From Nemertoderma westbladi (lineage: Eukaryota; Animalia; Xenacoelomorpha), in contig JAUCBJ010007485.1 in NCBI GenBank assembly GCA_032718475.1, positions 9,293 to 73,292 on the forward strand: a DNA stretch of 64,000 nucleotides. Reading direction: 5' to 3'. The translations under genes and the position numbers were made by a program. The notes beneath the pieces are model-generated. The model saw nothing but the letters and a program-made list of their open reading frames with translations, was not told the origin of the DNA and did not search any database. Positions 1 to 16,221 of this stretch are shown in pieces (the first letter of the stretch is position 1; every line of letters starts with the position of its first letter).

Positions 1-1028
1 TATTGTCCGCAAATCCAATTGCGAACGATAAAGTCTTTATTATCCGAACTTTTGAGAACAATAAAGTCGTTATTGTCCGAACTTTTGCGAACAATAAAGT
101 CTTTATTGTCCGAACTTTTGCGAACAATAAAGTCTTTATTGTCCGAACTTTTGCGAACAATAAAGTCTTTATTGTCCGAACTTTTGCGAACGATAAAGTC
201 TTTATTGTCCGAACTTTTGCGAACGATAAAGTCTTTATTGTCCGAACGTTTGCGAACGATAAAGTCTTTATTGTCCGAACTTTTGCGACCGATAAAGTCT
301 TTATTGTCCGAACTTTTGCGAACGATAAAGTCTTTTTGTCCGAACTTTTGCGACCGATAAAGACTTTATTGTCCGAACTTTTGCGACCGATAAAGTCTTT
401 ATTGTCCGAACTTTTGCGAACGAGATAAGATAAGATAAGATACTTTCTTTTTTAACGGCATTAAAAATTGGAACGCTCTGCTTAATGAAATTAAAAACCT
501 AGATAATCAACATTCTTTTAAATCTGCAGTTAAATCTCACCTCCGTGTGCAATGTAAAAATAGGTACAATAGTCCTACAGTAAGTTATTAGTTTATTAAT
601 TATTTACTATTTATACTGTAATTACGTTTTATAATAAATTGTTCTGTACATTACATCTTTATCGTTGAGTCGGACATTGTCACGCTCTCGGTAAAGTTGT
701 ACATGTACATAGTGTAATTACGTTTTATATTGGTTTTAGGTTAGCGTAGTGTAATATTGTATTTGTAACCAAGTAACATAAAGGACCCCCTTGGAAATAA
801 GCTGCAAAGCTTTAGGGGTAATCCTATATGTTATGTTGGACAATACCTTTATACCGGTACATTGTTTGGTGTATTTGTTATTGTTTTTACATAATGTATA
901 AATAAATCTATCTATCTATAACGATAAAGTCTTTATTGTCCGAACTTTTGCGAACGATAAAGTCTTTATTGTCCGAACTTTTGCGAACAATAAAGTCTTT
1001 ATTGTACGAACTTTTGCGAACGATAAAG
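1..1028. repeat. 33-bp tandem array (GAACGATAAAGTCTTTATTGTCCGAACTTTTGC), split by a LINE fragment at 424-919
   Basis: About 12 units at 1-423 and about 3 units at 920-1028. Internal hairpin ATAAAG-T-CTTTAT. ORFs 3..428 and 19..360 are translations of this repeat. Confidence 0.95.
424..919 (+). mobile_element. 3' fragment of a CR1/L2-type non-LTR retrotransposon
   Basis: 442-591 translates to TFFFNGIKNWNALLNEIKNLDNQHSFKSAVKSHL...*, resembling the C-terminus of CR1/L2 ORF2. It is followed by a UTR, AATAAA and an (ATCT)n tail. Flanked by AACGA at 419-423 and 920-924 (putative TSD). Confidence 0.7.
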
Positions 1029-1942
1029 GGGATATTTTAAAATATCAACTCCACGATGAACCTAAACTAATCCATTTGGGTTTCACTTTTTAATTAATCG
1101 GGTTTCCGAATTTAATCTCAGGTTTTATGATCAGGTTATATAATGCCAATGGGAATGAGTTTTCTTGGAGCGACATTTACTTTCAAGGTAATCGGACTAG
1201 ATTTCGGATTAGCTGCAGTTTGACTTTGAATAAAATATATTTTTTTGACTTTAACTTATACAATAGGCCCCTACTATATGAACATTATGTGTCTGTTTAT
1301 ATCTAAATCTGATGATCAGCCTCAAATTAAATATATTACAGGGGTTTCCAAGCTCACTTACATCAGACTCATCAGAATGTATGCTTTTTATCATTAGTCA
1401 ATGCAACATTGTCTTGTTAAAAAATATATTCATAATATTAATTTCTCCCTTTTTTATTATAAGATTGGTGACTGGGATATAAGTTAATTAACTTTATATG
1501 TTTGTTTAATAGACTCGTCTTAATTGGTCCCGGTATTATCTTGAATTATAAATTCTTATTTATATACAAACCATAAGAAATTTATCGCAGAGTGATTAAT
1601 AATTTTTAGTTAACTCAGATTATTTTTTCAATATAGTTTATCATTTGAGTGACAATTTCCATATTGAATGCGCCGCATTTAATATTAAGAGATCAATGAA
1701 GAACAATAAGGTTCTAGTGAGCTTCTAGAAGCCGCCGTCATTATTGTGCTGACGGCGAGGGATTAAATTCGTATTGAATTAAAAATTAATAATTTTAGGC
1801 CCGGTGGGGAATCATTAGCATCACAGCTGTGCCACTCTTGTGCCACTCTCTTTGCCACTCTCTGTACTTTATTGCAATGAAATCATTTGTAAATAAATGA
1901 GGCAAATAAAATAAATTATCACAGCAGAATTAATCCGAATAA

Positions 1943-2064
1943 TGTAAGCAGAAACGCAAGCATCTGTAAGCAGAAACGCAAGTATCTGTAAGCAGAAACG
2001 CAAGCATCTGTAAGCAGAAACGCAAGTATCTGTAAACAGAAACGCAAGTATCTGTAAGCAGAAA
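1943..2064. repeat. 22-bp minisatellite (TGTAAGCAGAAACGCAAGYATC), about 5.5 copies
   Basis: Directly visible tandem units. Confidence 0.9.
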
Positions 2065-2654
2065 TAACTTTCAATTCAGTGAGTATCAACTGATAGGAGT
2101 AATAATATTGACAATCATTTTCTTGAATCTGAAAAATAGCTTTCTCTCTCACTAAAATTCGCAGTGACAGAAAGGCATTATATTAACTTTACAAATACAA
2201 AGTCGTTTTTTTTTAATCACTCATTAATGGGTAGTTGTGGAAGAGATTCATTTTAGTAAATAAAATATATAAAATAACTATACTTATTATTTGAAGCTAG
2301 AATATCATACTAATTTGCTCACATCTTACTGGCTGACATCTTACTCGCGTTGTTAAACCCAATAAATTGATATAATTTATATTGATTTTGCCGAGGCCAT
2401 CAACTCGTTTGTACATTCTAAGCTTAATGTAACTTAATCTGGTTACGACGCAACGCTGGTAACTTCTGATAACGTAGTTCGCAGAATTTCTGTCGAATGT
2501 AATTATGTAGTAAATTACTTATTTATAGTAAGTAATGGATGGAGCTTCGTGTTACACTACTTATAGGAACCACATACAAACATAGTATGTTACCCACCTA
2601 ATTAATTTATTGATGTCCTTACAGTGCGTTATTACTTATTATGTTTCCATACAG

Positions 2655-2792
2655 GCATTCCGGGGAGGCGACTGGGCCTGCCGACTCATGAAGTACGTCA
2701 CAATGCAAGGTCTCTATCTAACATCATTCCTTATCGTAAGTCTCGCCATAGATCGGGCCGTCGCGATTTGCACACCTTTTAACACATCTCAT
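2655..2792 (+). CDS. GnRH/AKH/corazonin-type GPCR, internal exon A (ECL1-TM3-ICL2)
   Basis: AFRGGDWACRLMKYVTMQGLYLTSFLIVSLAIDRAVAICTPFNTSH with the TM3 Cys and DRx motif. Acceptor tttccatacag|G (an alternative in-frame acceptor gives start 2625); donor CAT|gtgagt; phase 0. Confidence 0.85.
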
Positions 2793-3094
2793 GTGAGTTA
2801 CACACAGAAATTATATTCTTAGAAAGATACCAGGTAGAGAGAGCAGTAGGATATTGTAGCAATTATTGTGTCTCAATAATAGCATTGTTGTCCGACCCCA
2901 ATATAACACCTTATTGACCTTATACCTTATTGAACAGGCTTGATACAAGTCTCTACTACAACCTGCCTTCCTTATTGTGGGGCGAGCCACGAAGTGAGCG
3001 AAGCCTATGCTAACATAGGCGTACCATTATCGAGTTATCTGTCGTCGTCGTCAAATTTTTGATCGCTTAACTCGGTCATTCCTTTGATATAAAC

Positions 3095-6300
<3,206 letters not shown>

Positions 6301-6534
6301 AAGGGAGAAAGTAAACTTGTGTTAACGACATAATAAATGCAAGTAAATTTTAAATTATCATTAAATTAGCATTAAGGTTAATATTTATTTTCACCTTTTT
6401 GCATGGATGGTTATTTTTTACTGTTTTTGTCTGTTTTCCCTATATTCCAAGTGTTTTCGCATGTTGTCACGATCTATGTAGTACTATCCGAAATTAATTC
6501 ATTTATAGTGTAAGATTTAAATAATTATACTTAA

Positions 6535-6998
6535 GTTTGTAGGGTACCCTAAGGTTTTCTTAATGTTTTACTATTAAACAAATTGTACCTTTCTGAGAAC
6601 TCGTAAATAAAATTTCCTGAAATTTTGAAGGCAGCTGTATCAACCATACGCACAAGAGCAAGACAAAAAAAATTAAAAATTTGAGAATTTTGTTGTTTAC
6701 GGCAATTTTTGTAAACTTTCGTTTTTGACCAAAAATCGAAATTTCAACAACTGTTTCTTAATAACTTCTTAAGAAAGCACCCATACAACAACACTCTAGT
6801 CATGCATAGGCCAATCGTTGTTGTGAACATTTCCTGAAAATTTCAGACAGACCGACCGACAGACATTTGGGCATCTTAGGCTTATCCTATGCCTAAAAAA
6901 CCCGACTTCTGTAATCTTCGAAAGATTTTGATCCTATATAATCGAAAAAAAAATTTAAAAACAATTTTTTTAAAATATTGTTAGGGTGCCCTACAACC
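6535..6998. mobile_element. TTAA-inserting MITE (Kolobok/piggyBac-type)
   Basis: TTAA at 6531-6534 and 6999-7002. TIR GTTTGTAGGGTACCCTAA versus reverse complement GGTTGTAGGGCACCCTAA (16/18). The empty site is visible in the two sister host copies (about 8540 and about 37575). Confidence 0.8.
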
Positions 6999-8222
6999 TT
7001 AAAAATTATGCAGCTGTAAAACGGCACAGTTATTGAATACAAATTTAATCCCGCTCGTTATTGGTCAACATATCAAGTCACAAGAGTCACAATATTTCAT
7101 TGCTTAAACATTGCCACTGCAGAAGGCAGAAGGAAATCCAAAATAGTTTATTCCACAAAATATTGGCTGAGTATATTTTTTAAGGAATTTCTGTGAAATG
7201 TTCTTAAATGTTATTTTATTATTTTTGTGCTTTTATTTATTTATTTAAACTTTGAATTGTCAAAAATTTTGCACTGAGGCATTTAACGGGGTGAAGTAAT
7301 TTAATTACATTTCAATATCATTACGACATCGGCATAAAGATAATTTTCAATATTTCTGACAAATTGATACGCCACAATCTTAATTATAAAACACAAATTC
7401 ACTATCAATACCTGCCTGGCATCAATCTCACGGACTGGTAGGCCTACTGTCTGTGCCTCATGGGTTGGAGTGCAGATTAAATGGGGAGGAACTGTCTCCC
7501 TCTCTTTTATTGAATGGCGGTTTTGTTAAATTTCTCAAATATAGAATTTGTGATAAATTCGCTCAATTATATTTTGTGTCTCATAACTGAGCCCTGTGCT
7601 TCGCGAAGGCCCCACGAACGTGTTATGTGCGTAGGAAATGCCTGTAATTGCTGTCTGATCTGACCTGGACTGGGAAATCATTCATAATAAGAGCTGACCA
7701 ATTGACCACACAACCCCTCCCACGTGCAGAATTATAGATTTTGATGTAGTGTATATTTCAAGCCAAACGCAAATACAAAATGAAAATCTGTTTTTATTAA
7801 ACTTTGAGCGCTGAAATTGTGATTCCTGTTGGTTGGACGCTCCCTAGCGCGATATGAGTAGGCGTCGTCAGCTAGTAGTGGGGAAGTAGGATGCGGGAAA
7901 CAAAAAGGCCAAGGAGTATCGCAACGGTAATGTAAGTCCACCTAATTATATGGGTGAACGAGCATGATCATAGCAACCATGGCTAAATAAGTGATCCATT
8001 TAATTTATGTCTTACAAAATAAAATATCATATGAAAATATTTTTGAAAGGTGATCTTATAATGGCCATACACAGTAACTTTATAACGCCTTTCCTTTACA
8101 TAAAACAACATTTTGAAGTTCTGTAAAATTCAACTTTTTACACCTCCATTATTTTTCATCTCTGCCGATAATTTAAACTAATAAAACTATGCAATGCAAT
8201 ATATTTTAGATCCTATCTAATG

Positions 8223-9120
8223 TGTGGGACGAGCGACGAAAGTAAGCGAGCTTAGCATACGGGTACCACTAACTCAATCGGTGTGTGTGTCGTTCTGTTG
8301 TTTTGTCGTTCTGTTGTTCTGTTGTCTTTAATTTTAAACGTTAATAACTCAGCCAAATGTTAATGAAACTGGCAAATGTTTAGAAATTTTCCAAGTTCAA
8401 TTACCGTGTGGTCTTCGAGAAGCTAAGATAATAGCATAATAGCAGTTAATTAGTTAATTAAGTTGATTAGGGTAAAAACAGCATTTTCTACCTGCCTGTT
8501 AAAGGATATTAATTAATTTCTAGTATAAGATTTAAATAATTATACGTAAAAATTATACTACTGTATTCCCCATACCCCATTCCATTATAGTTTTTAATTA
8601 GTTCAAGAGATTTGCTTTAAGAAATGTGTTTTAATTGATCTAAACGTAATTAACTTATTAAAATGCCCCGTCTCCAGCTATAGCTCCTATATTGAATATA
8701 TTACTTTATGAGTTTAACATGTTACCAATAACATGAGTTTATTGATTTCTTTGTTGGTTAAGTAAATTAAATAATATGCGATCTTTAATTATTTTTGGTA
8801 GAAATTTGTGCTGTTTGTATATTTGTGCATCGCTTCCAGTTGTATTTTGTGTTATATTAAAAATAAATATAACATATTACTTTTAAAACACAAATTTTAT
8901 GTTAATACCTCTGCCTTTCATCAATCCTGTGTCCGCCTTTGGGTTGGGGTGGTGCAGATTAAGGGGGGGGGGGGGGGGGGGGGGCTTTTCCCTCTCTTTG
9001 ATTTACTGGTGTTTGGTTAAATTTCTTAGATACCGAGTTTGTGATACAGTAGAATCGCTCAATATTAATCTGTATCTCATAACTGAGCCACGTGGTGCGC
9101 GAAGGCCCCCCGAACGTGTT
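8223..9120 (+). mobile_element. HINE/DINE-1-like dispersed repeat, copy 2
   Basis: Begins TGTGGGACGAGCGACGAAAGTAAGCGAG and ends GCGCGAAGGCCCCCCGAACGTGTT. Long collinear similarity to 37337-38327. Confidence 0.7.
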
Positions 9121-10275
9121 GGAATTTGTTAGCTAGTTCTTCCAATTTATCAGTGGTGGGGTTTTTTCATATGGTAGACAATGAGTTGAACTCGTGCTAT
9201 CAGTGTTAGTGATCGGAGTAGGGAAGTATAAGACCTACTGTACGTACTGCTCGGATTAAAACAACTGCAAAAAATACAGAAAAACAACAACTGGTCAATA
9301 AGTAGGCCTATATCAGTTTGTTATACAATAATTGTTGAATTATGATAATACAGTAGTATGCAATAAAAGTCCTGGGCTAATTGTATGTCCCCTGGGGTAA
9401 TTATTATCCTTGATGACAATTAATTGTCTTAGTTTCATCATCATAGTCCGTCACTGGCCTTTGAACTTTCTTTCGATCTACATTTCATTCCAATGTGAAT
9501 TCGCGCGTATCCTGTTCTCACATGATTCGATGTTTAATTTTTCAATTTAGATCGAAATATTTCAAATATAATGGGTTATTTCCTTGGGAATCCTAACAGC
9601 CCAATTATATCTGCAGGAATCCACATTGTGGACCGATTGCGTGGCCCAGTTAATGCACATTCAGTATGAAGGATTACTCGATAACGCCTATTTCACTGCT
9701 GCAATTTATCTTTATCAAAATATCCTAAAATATATCGAGATATAATTACAACAGAATTTTTCCTCAGAAGAGATTTAAAATTATTTATTTTATTGTAGAT
9801 AATTTATTTCACTTACTGTAGGCCTAATAACCAGATTTATTACCGAGGTTTTGAAATAATCAGGTCTCAGCTGCACTGACAAAGATAAACGTATTTCGTA
9901 TTTGTAACAAACACTGCGTTGGTATTATTTTGCTACCGGTATATATTTTGTTATATCGAAAAACTATCATAGAGTATCCCAAACCAGATTAATGACAGTA
10001 TTACCATGTTTAGCGATGTTCATGACAAAAGCAGTTTTAATGTAAATGTGTTAATGTAAATTGTTAATGTAAAGTGTTTTACTGCAGTAATAGTTAGGAA
10101 CATGTTGGATTTTTCAACGGCCGATTTGTTGGGGGTCAGATCATTTTGTTGCTCCAAAATGTGAGTTCAACTATAGCCTACAGATTTTAAAATTTACAAG
10201 CGCAATCCAGGAAATAAATAATAATAAAGTTTATAGGCTATAAAAAATGTAAAAAAAACTTTTCGTTTCCTGCAG

Positions 10276-10410
10276 GGTTCCCATAGAATCCAGTGGTTGA
10301 TTGGCTCTTCGTGGTTGCTAAGTTTAGTCCTGGCCTCCCCGAATGCAATCATGTTCTCTCGACTAAAGTATGTTCAGCCAATAGGAAACGAGACGTACAT
10401 CGCTAGTCAG
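10276..10410 (+). CDS. GPCR exon B (TM4-ECL2)
   Basis: tttcctgcag|GGT; GSHRIQWLIGSSWLLSLVLASPNAIMFSRLKYVQPIGNETYIASQ with the TM4 W and P; donor CAG|gttagt; 135 nt, phase 0/0. Not in the ORF track. Confidence 0.85.
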
Positions 10411-10944
10411 GTTAGTTACCTGGATATCTAATTACATATCACATTAGAATGCGTCTCCACTGCCTCTTTAATTAATCTGCATTATTAAGACAACAGATGG
10501 TAAACGTAGGGATTTGTGAGATAGCGCTGTGTTTTGGGTTAATTATTTTATTTGGTAACAAAGTAAATTGGGATAGTTCTTAAAGGGGACATTTAACGAA
10601 AGCTACCTAAAGTTTTGTGGAAGTTATCGACAAAGATCAAATAAGGGCAAAAGCGATACAATCAATGAAAGAGAGCACATTTGGCATTTTTATTCCTATT
10701 TCATAATAAACAAAAATATAGGAGCCAAAATTCATGCATGCAATAAATTCCAGCTAAGTCAATATTATACTGCACAGCTGTTCTGTTGAGCTTAGTCCTG
10801 TTTTAGTAACTACCGGTATTACCGTCCAAGCCCAGTGCGTAAGTCTAGTTCATTAACTAGAGGCCTACCTACCTGACCAACAGGCCGATAGTTGTAGATC
10901 GGTAGTTGGGAATATTTTACAAAAATATGAGGTTGGCGATGGAC

Positions 10945-13900
10945 TATAGTAGGCCCTATTGGCTCTATATCTAGTGCGGTAGTACTGCATTATAGTAGGC
11001 CCTATTGGCTCTATATCTAGTGCGGTAGTACTGCATTATAGTTGGCCCTATTGGCTCTATATCTAGTGCGGTAGTACTGTATTATAGTTGGCCCTATTGG
11101 CTCTATATCTAGTGCGCTAGTACTGCATTATAGTAGGCCCTATATCTACTGCGGTAGTACCAGCCGATCGCCTCAATGGTTGGAAAGCCCACTTTGAAAA
11201 GCTCCTCAATAATGACAGGGTATTGCCAGATAACTTTATAGAAGTAAAAGTGTCTGAGTCTGTACTCCCAGATATTCCCATTGGCGATATCTCCTTTGCA
11301 GAAGTGAAGGCTGCTGCAAAGAGCATTAAGACCAATCGTGCCAGTGGAGAAGATGGTGTTCCCCCTGAGGTCTTTAAAATACCTGAGTGTTTAAAGCTCA
11401 TCTATCCCATCATAGTAGACATGTATCGAACAACAAGAGTCCCACAAGAAATGAAAACAAATAAGTTGGTGCCAGTTCCCAAGAAGGGCAACCTAACACT
11501 CTATGGTTCTTTTCGGGGAATCTCATTGATCTCGATTGCTGCAAAGCTATACAATAGGATTCTATTAAATCGCATCAGGGATCCCATTGAGAGACTGCTC
11601 CGTGGAAATCAGAATGGGTTCCGTAAAGGTCGTGGGACCATGGAGCCCATTTTGGCACTTAGAAGGATAATTGAAGAATTATCAAAAAAGAAAGACAGGC
11701 ATCTGGCTGTTATCTTTGTTGACTTCTTCAAGGCCTTTGATTCAGTCTCTCGCTCACGTATGTTCAGCATACTTTCATTATATGGGATTCCTGATGAAAT
11801 TATTGCAGCAATCAGATCAGTATACGATGGTTCGACAACATTTGTGTCTACTGTTGACGGTGACACAGAACCATTTGAAGTGTTATGGGGCGTCCTCCAA
11901 GGAGACACACTTGCACCATTCTTGTTCATTATTGTGGTTGACTATGTTCTACGCATGTCCTTAGATCATCATAATGATGATGGGGTGATGATAACTCCAC
12001 CTACTGGCTCCAGAAGTCGAGGAATTCCTGCCAAGTACCTAACTGATCTAGACTTTGCTGATGACTTAGGAGTACTCTCAGAATCATTAGAGGGAGCCCA
12101 ACGGCTCCTCAGCTCATTAGAACATGCTGCTTTTAGTGTTGGTCTTTTTATTAACTCCAGAAAGACCAAAATTCTGACAGTTAACTTTGAAAGTCCTCAG
12201 CAAGTCTCTGATCGGATGAGCATAAGCTCAAAGGATGGTATGCTTGAGCATGTGGACGACTTCTGTTACCTGGGATCATGGATCCGGAAGTCAGGTAAGG
12301 ACCTTCGAATACGTAAGGGAAAGGCATGGGCAGCCTTGAATAGGCTTTCCAGGATTTGGAAGTCACCGAGAATTAATCGGAAACTTAAGGTCCGATTATT
12401 TAGAGCAGCAGTAGTTCCAGTACTCCTCTACGGGAGTCCATGCTGGGCTCTAACTGCTGAGGACACCAAATCTCTGGATGGCACATTCACAAGAATGCTA
12501 CACCGGGTTCATTGTGTCAAGTACAATGCACACATCTCCAACCAGACATTATATAACATTGGAGGTGTCTCATTGGTTCCCCCAAGCTTGACACTAGAAC
12601 AAAATCGCCTCCGCTTTGCAGGACATTGCTTTCGCCGTGAGGACCAGCCAGTGCATAATCTTGTACTTTGGCAGCCTCATGGAGTGAATAAGCATGGTGG
12701 ACAGCCCATGACTTTCTTGAGACGCATCTTAAAGGACACTGGCCTTAAAGATGCGGATGATCTAGCAAATGTCATGGGTGATAGGGAGTTGTGGCGGTGC
12801 AATTTTGTTGACAAGCCGGCACAGCATTCCTAAAAATGCAGCTGCAATGCAGCATGCCGATCCTAGTAGTAGTAGTAGTACTGCATTATAGTTGGCCCTA
12901 TTGGCTCTATATCTAGTGCGGTAGTACTGCATTATAGTTGGCCCTATTGGCTCTATATCTAGTGCGGTAGTACTGCATTATAGTTGGCCCTATTGGCTCT
13001 ATATCTAGTGCGGTAGTACTGCATTATAGTAGGCCCTATATCTACTGCGGTAGTACTGCATTATAGTTGGCCCTATTGGCTCTATATCTAGTGCGGTAGT
13101 ACTGCATTATAGTTGGCCCTATTGGCTCTATATCTAGTGCGGTAGTACTGCATTATAGTTGGCCCTATTGGCTCTATATCTAGTGCGGTAGTACTGCATT
13201 ATAGTTGGCCCTATTGGCTCTATATCTAGTGCGGTAGTACTGCATTATAGTTGGCCCTATTGGCTCTATATCTAGTGCGGTAGTACTGCATTATAGTAGG
13301 CCCTATATCTAGTGCGGTAGTACTGCATTATAGTTGGCCCTATTGGCTCTATATCTAGTGCGGTAGTACTGCATTATAGTAGGCCCTATATCTAGTGCGG
13401 TAGTACTGCATTATAGTTGGCCCTATTGGCCCTATATCTAGTGTGGTAGTACTGCATTATAGTTGGCCCTATTGGCTCTATATCTAGTGCGGTAGTACTG
13501 CATTATAGTTGGCCCTATTGGCTCTATATCTAGTGCGGTAGTACTGCATTATAGTTGGCCCTATTGGCTCTATACCTAGTGCGGTAGTACTGCATTATAG
13601 TTGGCCCTATTGGCTCTATACCTAGTGCGGTAGTACTGCATTATAGTAGGCCCTATTGTCTCTATATCTAGTGCGGTAGTACTGCTTTATAGTTGGTCCT
13701 ATTGGCTCTATATCTAGTGCGGTAGTACTGCATTATAGTAGGCCCTATATCTACTGCGGTAGTACTGCATTATAGTTGGCCCTATTGGCTCTATACCTAG
13801 TGCGGTAGTACTGCATTATAGTAGACCCTATTGGCTCTATACCTAGTGCGGTAGTACTGCATTATAGTAGGCCCTATTGGCTCTATACCTAGTACGGTAG

Positions 13901-15346
13901 TACTGCATTATAGTTGGCCCTATTGGCTCTACATCTAGTGCGGTAGTACTGCATTATAGTAGGCCCTATATCTACTGCGGTAGTACTGCATTATAGTTGG
14001 CCCTATTGGCTCTATACCTAGTGCGGTAGTACTGCATTATAGTAGACCCTATTGGCTCTATACCTAGTGCGGTAGTACTGCATTATAGTAGGCCCTATTG
14101 GCTCTATACCTAGTGCGGTAGTACTGCATTATAGTTGGCCCTATTGTCTCTATATCCAGGTTCTATATCTAGTGCGGTAGTACTGCTTTATAGTTGGCCC
14201 TATTGGCTCTATATCTAGTGCGGTAGTACTGCATTATAGTTGGCCCTATTGGCTCTATATCTAGTGCGGTAGTACTGCTTTATAGTTGGTCCTATTGGCT
14301 CTATATCTAGTGCGGTAGTACTGCATTATAGTTGGCCCTATTGGCTCTATACCTAGTGCGGTAGTACTGCATTATAGTAGGCCCTATTGTCTCTATATCC
14401 AGGTTCTATATCTAGTGCGGTAGTACTGCTTTATAGTTGGCCCTATTGGCTCTATATCTAGTGCGGTAGTACTGCATTATAGTTGGCCCTATTGGCTCTA
14501 TATCTAGTGCGGTAGTACTGCTTTATAGTTGGTCCTATTGGCTCTATATCTAGTGCGGTAGTACTGCATTATAGTTGGCCCTATTGGCTCTATACCTAGT
14601 GCGGTAGTACTGCATTATAGTAGGCCCTATTGTCTCTATATCTAGTGCGGTAGTACTGCTTTATAGTTGGTCCTATTGGCTCTATATCTAGTGCGGTAGT
14701 ACTGCATTATAGTAGGCCCTATATCTACTGCGGTAGTACTGCATTATAGTTGGCCCTATTGGCTCTATACCTAGTGCGGTAGTACTGCATTATAGTAGAC
14801 CCTATTGGCTCTATACCTAGTGCGGTAGTACTGCATTATAGTAGGCCCTATTGTCTCTATATCTAGTGCGGTAGTACTGCTTTATAGTTGGTCCTATTGG
14901 CTCTATATCTAGTGCGGTAGTACTGCATTATAGTAGGCCCTATATCTACTGCGGTAGTACTGCATTATAGTTGGCCCTATTGGCTCTATACCTAGTGCGG
15001 TAGTACTGCATTATAGTAGACCCTATTGGCTCTATACCTAGTGCGGTAGTACTGCATTATAGTAGGCCCTATTGGCTCTATACCTAGTGCGGTAGTACTG
15101 CATTATAGTAGACCCTATTGGCTCTATACCTAGTGCGGTAGTACTGCATTATAGTAGACCCTATTGGCTCTATACCTAGTGCGGTAGTACTGCATTATAG
15201 TAGACCCTATTGGCTCTATACCTAGTGCGGTAGTACTGCATTATAGTTGGCCCTATTGTCTCTATATCCAGGTTCTATATCTAGTGCGGTAGTACTGCAT
15301 TATAGTTGGCCCTATTGGCTCTACATCTAGTGCGCTAGTACTGCAT
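10945..15346. repeat. 46-bp satellite (TAGTGCGGTAGTACTGCATTATAGTTGGCCCTATTGGCTCTATATC) with shorter variants, interrupted by an RTE LINE
   Basis: About 4-5 units at 10945-11160 and about 54 units at 12876-15346. Confidence 0.95.
11161..12881 (+). mobile_element. 5'-truncated RTE-clade non-LTR retrotransposon with intact reverse transcriptase frame (ORF 11223-12833)
   Basis: Motifs PVPKKG, FRGISLIS, QNGFRKGR, FVDFFKAFDSV, GVLQGDTLAPFLF, DFADD, YLGS and RLRFAGH. The frame is open from the junction (ADRLNGWKAHFEKLLN) and has no endonuclease. Short 3' UTR and (TAG)n tail; TAGTAC on both sides. Confidence 0.93.
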
Positions 15347-15649
15347 ATATCCAAAATAAAATTGTAACCTGCGCAGTTGGCTGTCGTTTATTGGTTTGGT
15401 TACAATAACGTGCCACAATGCACAGTAACCTGCTGCTTTCCCTAAAAACGTAAATTGACCTAAAGGGTCACTATCGTCAGCAATTGGCCGACATCCCAAT
15501 ACAAATATTAATAGTCACTCAATGCAGCAGGACTAGAGAAAGTTTATATAATATTATTATTATTATATAATATTAGGTAAATATAATATTAATATTTCGC
15601 GTAGGTACTGGGTGGTGGGTTGTCTGTGATCAGCAATTAGAGTAGTAAG

Positions 15650-15703
15650 CCAAGGCGATCTATAATTAGATATCTGATCAATAATAATTACATATCGCCT
15701 TGG
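15650..15703. repeat. Short imperfect palindrome (CCAAGGCGATCTATAATTA...TAATTACATATCGCCTTGG), possibly a tiny MITE relic
   Basis: 19-bp arms with 2 mismatches, 50 bp upstream of the exon C acceptor. Confidence 0.6.
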
Positions 15704-15753
15704 TAGTAAAGTATACTATTAAAGTATCTTGTATTATTATTTTATTATTTTAG

Positions 15754-15916
15754 TGTTTAGATTGGAAGTTTTATGGCAGTTCGGATTCTATGTTGGAAAA
15801 GAATATCTACACAATCGCAACAGCTGTTGTGCATTTTATAATCCCAGTAATAATTATACTCGTGGCTTATATCAGCATATTTATCAAGATCAGTCGGAGC
15901 ACCCACCTAATTAATG
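15754..15916 (+). CDS. GPCR exon C (ECL2 Cys-TM5-ICL3)
   Basis: ttattttag|TGT; CLDWKFYGSSDSMLEKNIYTIATAVVHFIIPVIIILVAYISIFIKISRSTHLIN with the TM5 FxxP...Y motif; donor G|gtaaat, phase 1. Confidence 0.85.
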
Positions 15917-16221
15917 GTAAATATATTTCCTACGGAGTAATTGCGCTGTTCTTATAAGACGTTTTATTAATTTTAGTAACAAGGTTTTGGCGAGTTTATA
16001 GGTGTTTGCTTTTATACAATGATCTTTAGGAACTGTTCTAGGGGTTTTATCTTCGAATGAGAAGTTTATTTTACTGAAAATAACATTTCTTTATTATTGG
16101 CGCAATTGTAGGAGTAATCCAAACTGGCTTACTTTTAACTCGGTAGTGTACAAATTAGGAATCGCGTAATTTTTATAATATATCTCATATCTCTTCAAAC
16201 AACGTGATATTCGTATCTCAT

